Virus record (IMG/VR): IMGVR_UViG_3300045988_140605
Length of the DNA stretch: 60,617 nt
Strand: one strand, 5' to 3'
Source: a virus
Position 1 is the stretch's first letter. Every line of letters begins with the position of its first letter. The notes beneath the pieces were generated by a model that saw nothing but the letters and a program-made list of their open reading frames with translations, had not been told where the DNA came from and did no database searches. Shown in pieces: positions 60,563 to 60,617 of this stretch. The position numbers and the translations under genes are program-made.

Positions 60563-60617
60563 GGGATTAGACTCTCAGCTCCAAAATCAGCCAAATTTTG
60601 TGCATTATTCACGAAAC
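60563..60617. repeat. Terminal direct repeat, right copy (identical to 1-55)
   Basis: This is an exact 55-nt duplicate of the window start. Confidence 0.97.

Noticed and set aside
1-60617. The terminal 55-nt repeats as attL/attR of an integrated prophage
   Set aside because: There is no host-like flanking DNA inside the window. The repeats are the extreme ends, and their size is typical of an assembly k-mer overlap or a direct terminal repeat. I interpret them as circular closure or terminal redundancy.
1-60617. A second VR elsewhere in the genome (multi-target DGR)
   Set aside because: Scanning by eye for TR core strings (for example ccacgtatta and gcattgccacga) found only the TR and the single VR. 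A computational search is still advisable.

Overview
The window is one complete, circularly closed or terminally redundant phage genome. The first 55 nt are identical to the last 55 nt, so the unique unit is 60,562 bp. Frequent AGGAGG-type ribosome-binding sites (RBS) suggest a Gram-positive, Clostridia-like host. Gene content indicates a temperate siphovirus. Every convincing gene is on the minus strand; the long plus-strand ORFs are antisense artefacts.

Reading the minus strand from 60181 down to 135, the order is:
- An early region of many small and membrane-anchored proteins, including three paralogous modules.
- A replication block: a 1386-aa SF3 helicase / AEP primase-like / family-B polymerase fusion, an SSB-like protein and an SF2 helicase.
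- A nucleotide-metabolism block: NrdD with a separately encoded glycyl-radical ORF, NrdG, dCMP deaminase and MazG.
- An iteron-rich, origin-like intergenic region followed by a strong terminator.
- VRR-NUC and PD-(D/E)xK nucleases.
- A 1035-aa protein with an RNAP beta-prime / YonO / RdRP-like ADFDGD barrel motif plus HTH domains.
- Packaging genes (terS-like, HNH, TerL), with a promoter-to-terminator moron and a DUF6883/DUF4926-like pair inserted among them.
- Portal, a protease-capsid fusion, and tail genes with a 2488-aa repeat-rich tape measure.
- Dit, Tal and Ala/Asn-rich fibre paralogs.
- A complete diversity-generating retroelement (DGR): target with variable repeat (VR), Avd, template repeat (TR) and reverse transcriptase (RT).
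- A lysis cassette, then xis-int next to a putative attP.

No tRNA, rRNA or CRISPR array was seen. Family names come from motif recognition by eye, not from searches.
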